Assembly (NCBI GenBank): GCA_964581225.1
Contig: CAZONJ010000005.1
Coordinates: 3,394-67,393 of the forward strand
DNA: 64,000 bases
Direction of reading: 5' to 3'
Source of the DNA: an uncultured Terriglobales bacterium
Lineage (GTDB): Bacteria > Acidobacteriota > Terriglobia > Terriglobales > Acidobacteriaceae
Both the position numbers and the translations under genes were made by a program. The notes beneath the pieces were generated by a model. That model was not told the origin of the DNA, ran no database searches, and saw only the letters and a list, made by a program, of their open reading frames with translations. Below are positions 17,141-26,366 of this stretch, piece after piece (positions within the stretch are counted from its first letter, which is position 1; every line of letters begins with the position of its first letter).

Positions 17141-19486
17141 ATGGGTTTACTTCTGCTTCGACGAGTAATCGTTTTCACAATTCTGGTGGCGGGCGCAGTT
17201 ACTGCGCAGAATCAGATGGTGGATCCCGATATCGATGCCGGCAATGGCCCCTTCTCTTATTTCAGCCGGCCAACAGACGTAATTGGGGTAATGGACGGGC
17301 GCGCCGGCACGCTCGTCTCTCCTGAGGGATATTTATATACCGGATATGGAGAGCTGGTGTTCTTCACCGGCAGCCCACTTCACCCTGCCGCAGAGCGCAT
17401 CAAGACCCTCGATCGCGGATATCTGCCGGTCATCGAATATACCTTCAAGGACAACGGCGTTGAATATCGGGTCACGGCATTCGCGGCCACCCTGGACGGC
17501 AACCCGGAATCCCCATTGATGAATTTTATCCGCATCCGGATGGTGAACACGGCGTCAACTTCGAAGCTGGCCAGCTTCGCTGTGGGGATGCGTTATACCA
17601 GTCCTTCGAATATCGCGGACGGTGTCGGCGACAACCGCTTTCAGCGTCCGGCGACGCCCAAGCGTTTAGGAGATTACTCGCAGCCTGGAGTGGAATGGAA
17701 CCCGGATTGGGAATACCGTTTCATCGACGATGGTTTTGTGCGCGACGGTCGCCTCATGTACCTGTTTCCCACCACTCCAAAACCGGTACGCAGCCTTACC
17801 TTGAAAGAAAGGTATAACGGCGCTCCCCACAGTACCCCACGCCAGCTCCATATCCAGCCGACTACTCCCGCGGGCATTGTCCAATACGAGCTGCCGCTAA
17901 CCGCCGGAAGCGACAAAGTCCTCGAATTTCGTATGCCTTATGGGCCGCTGCCGCTCGACTCCCCGGTCGTGTCACAACTTCGCGGCGCAAGCTTCGACGA
18001 ATATCTCAAGCGCACGGAGGAATTTTGGGAGTCGATATTTTCCAGAGGACTTGAAATCAGCGTCCCGGAAGCGAAGGTCAATGATGCCTTCCGCGCAAAC
18101 CTCGTTTACGACCTGATCGCGCGGGACAAGGTAGGGACCAACTACGTTCAGACCGTCAACAAATTCCACTATCACGCCTTCTGGCTGCGCGATTCATCCT
18201 ACATCGCCCGCATGTACGACCTCTCCGGCTATCACGACTTCGCGGGTCAGGTGCTTGACTTCTTTCCCGGATGGCAGCAGCCCGACGGCAACTTCGTCTC
18301 GCAGGGAGGCCAGTTCGACGGCTGGGGACAGGTGATGTGGGCCTACGGCCAGCATTACAGGATCACCAAAGACCGCGCGTTCGCCGAGCGGGTGTACCCC
18401 TCCATGCAGCGCGCCGTCGCATGGTTGCGCCAGGCAAGAAGCGCAGACCCCCTGCATCTGATTCCGGCCACCACCCCGGGCGACAATGAAGACATCACCG
18501 GCCATGTCACTGGACACAACTTCTGGGCGCTCGCCGGGCTGAAGAACGTGATCGCCATGGCGGACGCCCTGGGCCGCAGCGCCGATGCGAAGGCCTATCG
18601 TGCCGAGTATGACGATTACAAGAGCGCGCTGCTGGCCGCGTTGAAAAAGGCGACCGCCTCCACCGGAGGATACATGCCTCCCGGGCTGGACAAGCCAGGC
18701 GGCCAGGATTGGGGCAACATGCTCTCCGTCTATCCCGAGCAGGTGCTTGATCCATCCGATCCCATGGTCACTGCGACCTTGGAGGGCACCCGGGCCAAGT
18801 ACCAGGAAGGCATTATGACCTACGGCGATGGGCGCTGGCTGCACCACTATCTCACCTTCAAAAACACGGAGACAGAGATCATCCGCGGAGAGCAGCAGCA
18901 CGCGCTCGAAGAGCTCTACGCCGTCCTGCTTCACACCAGTTCGACCCACGCCGGCTTCGAGTTTTGCATTTTCCCCTGGGGCACTCGGGACTTCGCGCAA
19001 AATCTCTCGCCCCATGGCTGGTTTGCGGCGAAGTTCCGCTCCACCTTGCGTAATATGATGGTCCGCGAGGAAAATCGCGACCTTCACCTGCTCTCCGTGA
19101 TTTCCCCGGAGTGGGTCAAGCCGGGACAGAGTATTCGGGTCCATCGAGCGCCTACCAATTTCGGGCAGGTGAACTTCGATCTGGAGTTCTCGGAATCGAT
19201 GGCCACGCTGCGGATGGAAAACAAATTCACGGAAGCGCCGCGCCAGATCGTGCTGCATCTGCCGTGGTTCATGAAGGTCAGCAGGATCGTTGCCGATGGC
19301 AAGTCTCTCGAATCGACCACAAACTCGGTTCGGTTGCCGGCCGGCGCAAGACAGGTAAGTATCTGGTGGTCCAAGCCGGAGAACGCTCCGGCGCTAAGCT
19401 ATGCCAATGCGGTAAACGCATATAAGGCGGAGTATCGCCGCCGCTATGAGCAGTGGTCGCAAGCTGGAAGCCAGCAGAACCATTAG
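17141..19486 (+). CDS. Secreted (alpha/alpha)6 six-hairpin glycosidase-like protein, family unassigned
   Basis: Signal peptide MGLLLLRRVIVFTILVAGAVTAQ. The core FHYHAFWLRDSSYIARMY...QQPDGNFVSQGGQFDGWGQVMWAYGQHY...GHNFWALAGL is typical of GH15/GH63-like six-hairpin folds. Confidence 0.55.
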   Translation: MGLLLLRRVIVFTILVAGAVTAQNQMVDPDIDAGNGPFSYFSRPTDVIGVMDGRAGTLVSPEGYLYTGYGELVFFTGSPLHPAAERIKTLDRGYLPVIEYTFKDNGVEYRVTAFAATLDGNPESPLMNFIRIRMVNTASTSKLASFAVGMRYTSPSNIADGVGDNRFQRPATPKRLGDYSQPGVEWNPDWEYRFIDDGFVRDGRLMYLFPTTPKPVRSLTLKERYNGAPHSTPRQLHIQPTTPAGIVQYELPLTAGSDKVLEFRMPYGPLPLDSPVVSQLRGASFDEYLKRTEEFWESIFSRGLEISVPEAKVNDAFRANLVYDLIARDKVGTNYVQTVNKFHYHAFWLRDSSYIARMYDLSGYHDFAGQVLDFFPGWQQPDGNFVSQGGQFDGWGQVMWAYGQHYRITKDRAFAERVYPSMQRAVAWLRQARSADPLHLIPATTPGDNEDITGHVTGHNFWALAGLKNVIAMADALGRSADAKAYRAEYDDYKSALLAALKKATASTGGYMPPGLDKPGGQDWGNMLSVYPEQVLDPSDPMVTATLEGTRAKYQEGIMTYGDGRWLHHYLTFKNTETEIIRGEQQHALEELYAVLLHTSSTHAGFEFCIFPWGTRDFAQNLSPHGWFAAKFRSTLRNMMVREENRDLHLLSVISPEWVKPGQSIRVHRAPTNFGQVNFDLEFSESMATLRMENKFTEAPRQIVLHLPWFMKVSRIVADGKSLESTTNSVRLPAGARQVSIWWSKPENAPALSYANAVNAYKAEYRRRYEQWSQAGSQQNH

Positions 19487-19525
19487 AAGCGGGCCCCCAA
19501 TCGACCGAATCGAAAAGAGGATGCC

Positions 19526-20689
19526 ATGTCCAACACCGTCGTAGTAAATCGCACGGATGCATTCACATCTCGGCCCGCAACCACACCCGCACAGACCGGC
19601 CAGCGCCTGGTCTCGCTCGATGTCTTCCGGGGCATCACCATTGCAGCAATGATTCTGGTGAATAACGGCGGCGATTCACAACACACTTATTGGCCCCTGG
19701 AACACTCGCGCTGGAATGGTTGGACGCCCACCGATCTGGTTTTTCCTTTTTTCCTCTTTATTGTCGGGCTGTCCATGGTCTTGTCATTCGGATCGCGGTT
19801 GAGCAAAGGTTACACCCGGAGAAAATTGATGCTTCACGCGCTCAAGCGGAGCGCGATCATATTTGCGCTTGGTGTGTTCCTCTATGCTTATCCGAATTTC
19901 GACTGGCATACGGCCCGGGTGCCGGGTGTGCTGCAACGAATTGCGGTCACTTATCTCATCACCTCAATCTTGTACCTGTATGCAAGCCGCACCGTACGCT
20001 ATGTCCTGTCTGCCTTCCTGCTGCTCGCATATTGGCTGGTCCTCACCCGAATCCCGGTCCCAGGCTATGGCGCCGGAGTGCTGACCATCGACGGCAACCT
20101 CGTAGGGTACATCGATCGCAGCCTTCTTTATAACCACCTTTGGATTGCCCACCGTTTCGATCCTGAGGGGATCCTCAGCACTTTGCCCTCGATCGTGACC
20201 TGTCTCCTGGGTCTCTTTACCGGAGAGTGGATGCGCTCGGCCAGAACGCCACTTCGCAAGATAGCTGGAATGGCAGGCGCGGGAGTCGCGGCCATCATCG
20301 CGGGAGAGATCTGGAACCTGTGGTTCCCTATCAACAAGTCGATATGGACGAGTTCGTTTGTCCTGCTGACCGCCGGCCTGGCGTTGATCGGATTTGCCGC
20401 CTGCTACTGGCTCATTGACGTACGCGGGAAGCGGGCCTGGGGCAGGCCCTTCGAAGTCTTTGGAGTGAACCCGCTGGCGATCTATTTCCTGGCAAGCTGG
20501 GCGGAGACTGCGAGCTACCATCATCACATTCACGGCGAAAGTATAAAAACTTTCTTATACAACAGGTTCATTGCCCCGCTGTTTGCGAATCCGTATCACG
20601 CCTCGCTTTTCTGGGGGTTGAGTTATGTCGTTCTATTCTTCCTGATTGCCTGGATGATGTATCGCAAGAGGATATTCATTCGCCTCTAA
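19526..20689 (+). CDS. DUF5009/DUF1624 membrane protein (heparan-alpha-glucosaminide N-acetyltransferase-like)
   Basis: RLVSLDVFRGITIAAMILVNNGGD opening motif and about 10-11 TM helices. Confidence 0.7.
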   Translation: MSNTVVVNRTDAFTSRPATTPAQTGQRLVSLDVFRGITIAAMILVNNGGDSQHTYWPLEHSRWNGWTPTDLVFPFFLFIVGLSMVLSFGSRLSKGYTRRKLMLHALKRSAIIFALGVFLYAYPNFDWHTARVPGVLQRIAVTYLITSILYLYASRTVRYVLSAFLLLAYWLVLTRIPVPGYGAGVLTIDGNLVGYIDRSLLYNHLWIAHRFDPEGILSTLPSIVTCLLGLFTGEWMRSARTPLRKIAGMAGAGVAAIIAGEIWNLWFPINKSIWTSSFVLLTAGLALIGFAACYWLIDVRGKRAWGRPFEVFGVNPLAIYFLASWAETASYHHHIHGESIKTFLYNRFIAPLFANPYHASLFWGLSYVVLFFLIAWMMYRKRIFIRL

Positions 20690-20793
20690 ACCCTTTGACG
20701 ATAGAGCCATGCATCGGTCCGCTACGCGGTCCTGCGGAGATGAGTGGCGCGCAATCGGGCAAGGTTTGCCGTCAAGGTTTAGAATCACCGGTT

Positions 20794-22086
20794 ATGCTCT
20801 TATCGAATAAGACGCTCAGCAAACTTGGCATCGTTCTGCTCTCGGCTATTCTCTCCAGCCCGCTTGCTGCTGAACCTGTGCCCTTTAAGCGGGCCATCCA
20901 ATTGGCGATTACCCACAGCTCGACCCTGGAAATCGCCACTTCCGAGCAGGACCGCGCTTATGCCGGATACAAGGAAGCCAAGGACCAATTTGTTCCCCAG
21001 ATCTTTCTCGGCTCGGGAGTCGCTTATTCGTTTGGCTTTCCGCTGGGAGCGCCCTCGATTTTTAATGTCCAATCGCAGAGTCTGCTTTACAATCCCGCCG
21101 CCCGGGAGTTCATGCGCGCCGCCAAGACTGACTTCCGCGCCTCGCGTTTCAATAAAGAAGAGCAGCGCAGCCAGGTAATTCTCGATACAGCTTTGACCTA
21201 TTCCGAACTCGATCGGGAAACGGCTGCCCTGGCGGTGCTGAAACAGGAAGAGGGATCTGCCCTGCGCGTGGAAGATATCGTGAATCAACGCATTCAGTCT
21301 GGGATTGAGAATGCCGTGGAAGGGACCAAAGCAAAGCTGAGCAGCGCGCGCATTCGATTGAAGATGGCCCAGATCCAGAGCAACATGGAAATCCTTCGCC
21401 AGCACATCGCGGCCCTGACCGGGGTCCCCGCCACGCAATTTGAGACCGTCACCGAATCGATTCCTCCCCTGCCGGAGGTCTCGCAGGACGAAGACCTGGC
21501 ATCGAAGGCGGTGGATTCCAGTCCGCTGTACAAGAGCGCGCTGGAATCGGCAAACGCAAAGACGATTCGCGCCAACGGCGAGCACAAGGAGCTTCTGCCC
21601 GCCGTCGATCTGGTGGGCCAGTATGCGCTTTTCAGCAAGCTCAATAATTACGAGGAGTATTACCGGACATTTCGCTACAACAACGGCGCCTTCGGATTTC
21701 AGATCCGCATTCCATTCCTGAACCAGGGCCAGCGCGCGCACGCCGCTGCCGCCGACGCGGAAGCGGTGAAGGCGCATCACGAGGCGGAAGCTACCAAACA
21801 GCAGGTATCGTCGGAGACTTTAAGGCTACAGCGCGCCGTGGCCCAGCTCAACGCCGCCAAGGCGGTAGCGCAGCTCGAATATCAGTTGGCGCGGGCGGAC
21901 ACGGAGGCCGTCCAGGTGCGGGTGGAGAGCGGGACGTCCAATTTGCGCGACCAGGAGCAGACCCGGCTGGCTGAGAATGACAAATATGCCGCCCTGCTGG
22001 ACGCCACTTACGAGCTGGAAAAAGGACAGATGCAGCTCCTGCGGGCCACCGGAGAAATTGAGAAATGGGCGCTTTCTTCCCACTGA
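20794..22086 (+). CDS. TolC-family outer-membrane efflux protein
   Basis: Signal peptide MLLSNKTLSKLGIVLLSAILSSPLAAEP, two OEP-type coiled-coil repeats, and the internal start at 20794 gives the expected size. The track ORF starts at 20695. Confidence 0.7.
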   Translation: MLLSNKTLSKLGIVLLSAILSSPLAAEPVPFKRAIQLAITHSSTLEIATSEQDRAYAGYKEAKDQFVPQIFLGSGVAYSFGFPLGAPSIFNVQSQSLLYNPAAREFMRAAKTDFRASRFNKEEQRSQVILDTALTYSELDRETAALAVLKQEEGSALRVEDIVNQRIQSGIENAVEGTKAKLSSARIRLKMAQIQSNMEILRQHIAALTGVPATQFETVTESIPPLPEVSQDEDLASKAVDSSPLYKSALESANAKTIRANGEHKELLPAVDLVGQYALFSKLNNYEEYYRTFRYNNGAFGFQIRIPFLNQGQRAHAAAADAEAVKAHHEAEATKQQVSSETLRLQRAVAQLNAAKAVAQLEYQLARADTEAVQVRVESGTSNLRDQEQTRLAENDKYAALLDATYELEKGQMQLLRATGEIEKWALSSH

Positions 22087-22221
22087 AGGGCTGATTTCTC
22101 CCATTCAGGGCTTTCATTTTGCCTTTTAGCGGCGGCATCTCTTTTAATGAAGAACAGGCGCCAAATAAGCGTCTTTCCAGTAGGGCAGAACTGCCGCTGG
22201 ATGTTATAGTTATGGTTAACA

Positions 22222-23718
22222 ATGAGCGTACTGAAAACCCTTCTTCTTAATCCTCCGTCTTTCGAAAATTTCGATGGTGGAGCGAGTTCCCGTTGGCCGG
22301 CAACCCGTGAGATCGAGTCGTATTGGTATCCCGTATGGCTGGCTTATCCCGCAGGCCTGCTGGAAGGTTCACGCCTTCTCGATGCGCCTCCGCACCACGT
22401 TTCGGCCGAAGAGACCATCCAGATCTGCAAGGATTATGAGTTTCTCGTGCTTTTTACCAGCACTCCCGGCTGGACCGGCGACCAAAGGCTGGCGGAAGCG
22501 ATAAAAAAGGCGAATCCCGGCATCAAGATCGCCTTTGTCGGGCCACCCGTGACCACCTCGCCGGACAAGGCCCTGAACGAGTGCTCTGCCCTCGATTTCA
22601 TATGCCGGCGCGAGTTCGACTATTCGATCGTCGAGTTTGCCCAAGGCAAGCCGCTCGACCAGATTCTGGGCATCTCGTACCTGAACAACGGGAAGGTGGT
22701 CCACAATCCGGACCGCCCGCAGATCCAGGACCTCGATGCATTGCCTGACGTGACCGATATCTACGCTCGCGATCTGGATGTGACCCGCTACAACGTGCCT
22801 TTCCTGCTGCATCCGTATGTGGCCTTATATTCCACGCGCGGCTGTCCGGCGCAGTGCACCTTCTGTCTGTGGCCGCAAACTCTCAGCGGACATGCATGGC
22901 GCAAGCGTTCCACCGATGCGGTTGCCCGGGAGATGGCGAAGGCGAAGCAGCTCTTCCCTCATGTGAAGGAATTTTTCTTCGATGACGATACCTTCAACAT
23001 TCAGAAGGCGCGCACCATCGAGCTCTGCTCCAAGCTGAAGCCACTGAACCTTACTTGGTCATGCACCTCGCGTGTCACCACCGATTACGAGACGCTCAAA
23101 GCCATGCGCGAGGCGGGATGCCGCCTGCTGATCGTGGGCTATGAGTCGGGCGATCCGCAGATCCTGAAAAATATTAAGAAGGGCGCGACCGTCGAGCGGG
23201 CGCGCGACTTTACCCGCGACTGCCATAAGTTAGGGCTTACCATCCACGCCGACTTCATCCTCGGCTTGCCGGGCGAGACCCGCGAGAGCATTCGCCGTAC
23301 CATCGACTTTGCCAAGGCGCTGGATTGCGAGACCATCCAGGTTTCCGTCGCCCATGCGTATCCCGGCACGGAGTTTCACGACTTCGCGAAGCAGAACGGC
23401 TTTATCGTGAATGAGCAGTCGATGGTGGACGATGGCGGCCATCAGATGGCCCACATCGAATACCCCGGATTAGACCGCGAATATGTGATGGAGATGGTCC
23501 ATCGCTTCTATGACGAATACTATTTCCGTCCAAAGGCGGTTTACCGCATCGTGAAGAAGGCGTTCTTCGACAGCGGAGAGCGCAAGCGGCTCTATAAAGA
23601 AGCCAAATCCTTCCTGAAGCTGCGCGCGGCGCGAAATCGCTATGTGAAGCAAAGCCGCAAATCGCAGGTCGGGTCTGTCGAAAGCCAGGCAAAGGCGGTT
23701 GCCGCACAAGGGGATTAG
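22222..23718 (+). CDS. hpnJ: Hopanoid-biosynthesis-associated B12-binding radical SAM protein HpnJ
   Basis: The N-terminus LLNPPSFENFDGGASSRWPATREIESYWYPVWLAYPAGLLEGSRLLDAPP matches my recollection of the HpnJ family signature. The radical SAM cluster is GCPAQCTFCLWP. The gene is adjacent to the hopanoid operon. Confidence 0.75.
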   Translation: MSVLKTLLLNPPSFENFDGGASSRWPATREIESYWYPVWLAYPAGLLEGSRLLDAPPHHVSAEETIQICKDYEFLVLFTSTPGWTGDQRLAEAIKKANPGIKIAFVGPPVTTSPDKALNECSALDFICRREFDYSIVEFAQGKPLDQILGISYLNNGKVVHNPDRPQIQDLDALPDVTDIYARDLDVTRYNVPFLLHPYVALYSTRGCPAQCTFCLWPQTLSGHAWRKRSTDAVAREMAKAKQLFPHVKEFFFDDDTFNIQKARTIELCSKLKPLNLTWSCTSRVTTDYETLKAMREAGCRLLIVGYESGDPQILKNIKKGATVERARDFTRDCHKLGLTIHADFILGLPGETRESIRRTIDFAKALDCETIQVSVAHAYPGTEFHDFAKQNGFIVNEQSMVDDGGHQMAHIEYPGLDREYVMEMVHRFYDEYYFRPKAVYRIVKKAFFDSGERKRLYKEAKSFLKLRAARNRYVKQSRKSQVGSVESQAKAVAAQGD

Positions 23719-23813
23719 TTCAATTCCTTCCTGAGATGGGCATGGCCATAACGCTGTGCCCATTTATTTTGTTCCAGATGAGCCATTCCCCCAAATCTCG
23801 CGGCATCCACAGC

Positions 23814-24233
23814 ATGACGCTGATGCGCTATCTCCTGCTGCTCCTTCTGGTTCTATGCAGCACTTTGGGGGACGTATTTCTTTCGCGCGGCATGAAGCAG
23901 ATTGGAAGGATCAGCCCCACACGCTGGCATGACCTCCTGTTTGCGGTCACAAACCCCTGGGTCATGGTGGGCATTCTTCTCCTGCTGGTCTTTTTTTCTT
24001 CCTATCTTTCGTCGCTCTCGTGGGCGGACCTTTCCTACATCATGCCGGCAACCTCCTTCGGCAATGTGTTTACCGCGTTGCTCGCGAAGTTTTATCTGCA
24101 TGAAAACATCCCGGTTGCGCGCTGGCTCGGGATTCTGCTTATCACCTTTGGGGTTGGATTCGTGGCGCGAGGCCCTTCGCTCACTGTCCGGCCCGCGCCA
24201 GAGGCGGCGCTGCCGGAGAAGAGTAATCCATGA
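23814..24233 (+). CDS. Half-size (4-TM) DMT/EamA-like membrane protein, first of a pair
   Basis: Single EamA-like domain with four hydrophobic helices. The internal ATG at 23814 (MTLMRYLLLLLLV) is preferred over the track start at 23736. Confidence 0.6.
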   Translation: MTLMRYLLLLLLVLCSTLGDVFLSRGMKQIGRISPTRWHDLLFAVTNPWVMVGILLLLVFFSSYLSSLSWADLSYIMPATSFGNVFTALLAKFYLHENIPVARWLGILLITFGVGFVARGPSLTVRPAPEAALPEKSNP

Positions 24234-24625
24234 GCCTGCAACATCAACTCGCCGACGCCAGCTTTATCGTTCTTCTGGTGGCGTTCAATACCTCGGGAGA
24301 CCTGCTTATGGCCAGGACCATGCGCAAGGTTGGGGACGTGGACGTCATTCGCAAACAGCGTGGGATTGTTGGAGTGGTCCGCGCGATCCTGACCACTCCG
24401 TCTTTCTATGGCGCGCTGGCCTGCATGGCTGCGGCATTCTTCAGCCTTTTGACCGCGCTTTCGCTTATCGATTTGAGCCTGGTGATCCCCGCTGCCGCCT
24501 CTTTGACGTTTCTATCCAACCTGACCGGAGCAAAATTCTTCCTCAAAGAACGCGTGGACCGGACACGCTGGATCGCCGGATTGGTGGTCATGTGCGGAGT
24601 GGTGCTTTTGGCAGTTAAGAAGTGA
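24230..24625 (+). CDS. Half-size (4-TM) DMT/EamA-like membrane protein, second of a pair
   Basis: 131 aa, four hydrophobic helices, and an ATGA start/stop overlap with the preceding half-size DMT gene. Confidence 0.6.
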   Translation: MSLQHQLADASFIVLLVAFNTSGDLLMARTMRKVGDVDVIRKQRGIVGVVRAILTTPSFYGALACMAAAFFSLLTALSLIDLSLVIPAAASLTFLSNLTGAKFFLKERVDRTRWIAGLVVMCGVVLLAVKK

Positions 24626-24734
24626 AAAGCAGTCGGTCGTAGCGCTCTCTGATCTAAACGTAATGGAAGTTTGTTCGGACTGGATGTCCTTCGACTCGCA
24701 AATCTGACCGCGTGAAATATCCAACTTACTTTAA

Positions 24735-24906
24735 TGTCATTCCTGGGGTTGAAAAGCTTGATGCTGTAATGATGGACGAGGCATTCTTGGGGTCCTTCGA
24801 CTTGCGCTTGGCTCGCCTCGCGCGGCGCTCAGGATGACAAAATTATAGGGGTATCTAAAACAAAACTAAACGCTGTTGAAACTGGAAACCTGAAACTCGA
24901 AACTGC
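24735..24906. repeat. Composite intergenic repeat, copy A (REP/MITE-like)
   Basis: It shares these modules, in the same order, with 58071-58296: TGTCATTCC; GGGGTCCTTCGACTTGCGCTTGGCTCGC..CTCGCGCGGCGCTCARGATGACAAAATTA (24789-24845); and GAAACTGGAAACCTGAAACTCGAAACTGC (24878-24906). A degenerate extra copy of GTCCTTCGACTCGC lies at 24686-24699. Confidence 0.85.
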
Positions 24907-24914
24907 TCTTTTGG

Positions 24915-26366
24915 TCACTTCGGGAACAATTTCATGATGCCGGTTGCGGGCAAATCGGGCTTGAGAAATTTCCCTGGCTTTCCGGATGCCTGGGCGATCG
25001 CCTCCGCCGCTTTATAACCGCTGCGGACCGCGCCCTCCATGGTCGCCGGCCATCCGGTCGCCGTCCAGTCCCCGGCCAGAAACACGCGAGGCCATTCCGT
25101 TTGCGATGCAGGACGATACTGGTCTGACATTGGTTGAACGGAATATGTGGCATGGACTTCCTTGATTACTGTCGCCTTCAACAGCGTTGATTCCCGTACC
25201 TTGGGAAAGAACTCTGCCAGCTCTTTGATCGCCAGATCGATAATCTCCTGCCGCGATTTATCCACCAGTGACTTTGAGGCGCTTACCACCAGCTCCACAT
25301 AACTGCCGGACTCACCTGCCGCTCCTGCGCGCTCTCCTCTATTCTGCAACTTCGACTTATGGAACATCCACTGAATGGTCCGGTCCAAAAGCACAGCATG
25401 TTCCAGGTCAGTGATCTCCCGGTCGAACCACAGATGGATGCCGGTAATCGGCGAGCTCTCAAATTGTTGCAGCATACTCCCAAGGCGCTGCTGGACCGCT
25501 GCCGAACCGTTCTGGGCAGGCAGCATCTTGGCCAGCACATGATAAGGGACTGCGAGCAGCAAATAATCGGAGCGGAGCTCCTGCGCGCCCGCATGAAGAT
25601 TGATTCCGGAAGAATCGGCTGAAAATGAATCTACCGCCGTCCGCAGGCGGACTTCCCCGCCGCGCTGCTGGATGTAGTCGATTGCCTGCCGATAAAGCTC
25701 GGTGAGCGGCACCATGGGCACGCCCATCTTCCCTGCCGCAGCGGATTTCAGGAACGACTCGCGGAAAACCTGCGCGGCATAGCGCACCGAGGTGCGGTCC
25801 AGATCTTCATTCAGGGCGCTCACCAGCACGACCTTCCAGAAGCGTTCGATCGCAGCCGGGGTCTGCTTATGACGATGCAGCCACGCCTCGAAATTTTCTT
25901 CCGTATCTTCCGGCAGCCCTGCCATCAGCGCCAGCATGGCCCGTGAGATTGCCAGTTTATCTTTCAAGCTCAGCGACGCGGCTTTCAGGAACGACCAACT
26001 GGTATGCAATGGAGCGGGCAGGAGCGATGGGCCAATCTTTGATCGCCTTCCCCCGGGCTCGATAAAGGTAAGCGTATCGAACCAGCGGATCTTTTCTTCG
26101 GAGCCGATGCGATGGTAAAAGTCCAGCAAATTGGTGCAGCATCCCAGCAGGACATGCTGGCAGTTGTCCACCACTTCGCCGGTCCCCGGATGCTCATAGG
26201 AAGAGGCGCGACCGCCAATGTAGGGGCGGCGCTCAAAGAGCGTAACGCGAAATCCGCTGTCCGCCAGGACGCATGCGGCGGAAAGACCGGCCAATCCACC
26301 GCCGGCTACGGCGACTGATGGCGCATTGGAATAAGATTCTTCTGGCACGGAAGCGAAATCCATCAA
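24915..26366 (-). CDS. hpnE: Hydroxysqualene dehydroxylase HpnE (FAD-dependent amine-oxidase fold)
   Basis: VAVAGGGLAGLSAACVLA FAD fold, about 480 aa, immediately after hpnC-hpnD. The track start is TTG at 26366; the ATG one codon in (26363) overlaps the hpnD stop as TGATG. Confidence 0.8.
   Translation of the reverse strand: MMDFASVPEESYSNAPSVAVAGGGLAGLSAACVLADSGFRVTLFERRPYIGGRASSYEHPGTGEVVDNCQHVLLGCCTNLLDFYHRIGSEEKIRWFDTLTFIEPGGRRSKIGPSLLPAPLHTSWSFLKAASLSLKDKLAISRAMLALMAGLPEDTEENFEAWLHRHKQTPAAIERFWKVVLVSALNEDLDRTSVRYAAQVFRESFLKSAAAGKMGVPMVPLTELYRQAIDYIQQRGGEVRLRTAVDSFSADSSGINLHAGAQELRSDYLLLAVPYHVLAKMLPAQNGSAAVQQRLGSMLQQFESSPITGIHLWFDREITDLEHAVLLDRTIQWMFHKSKLQNRGERAGAAGESGSYVELVVSASKSLVDKSRQEIIDLAIKELAEFFPKVRESTLLKATVIKEVHATYSVQPMSDQYRPASQTEWPRVFLAGDWTATGWPATMEGAVRSGYKAAEAIAQASGKPGKFLKPDLPATGIMKLFPK

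Noticed and set aside
22222-23718. Alternative reading of the B12-radical SAM gene as a membrane-spanning-lipid (tetraether/diabolic acid) synthase rather than HpnJ
   Set aside because: The N-terminal PPSF-FDGG-S-R-REI-WYP-WLA pattern and the location beside the hopanoid operon favour HpnJ. Only an HMM or phylogenetic placement can settle this.
24878-24906. GAAAC-rich short repeats as a possible CRISPR array or iteron origin
   Set aside because: There are only four 7-nt units with no spacers of CRISPR size, and no cas or replication genes nearby. It is part of the larger intergenic repeat family.
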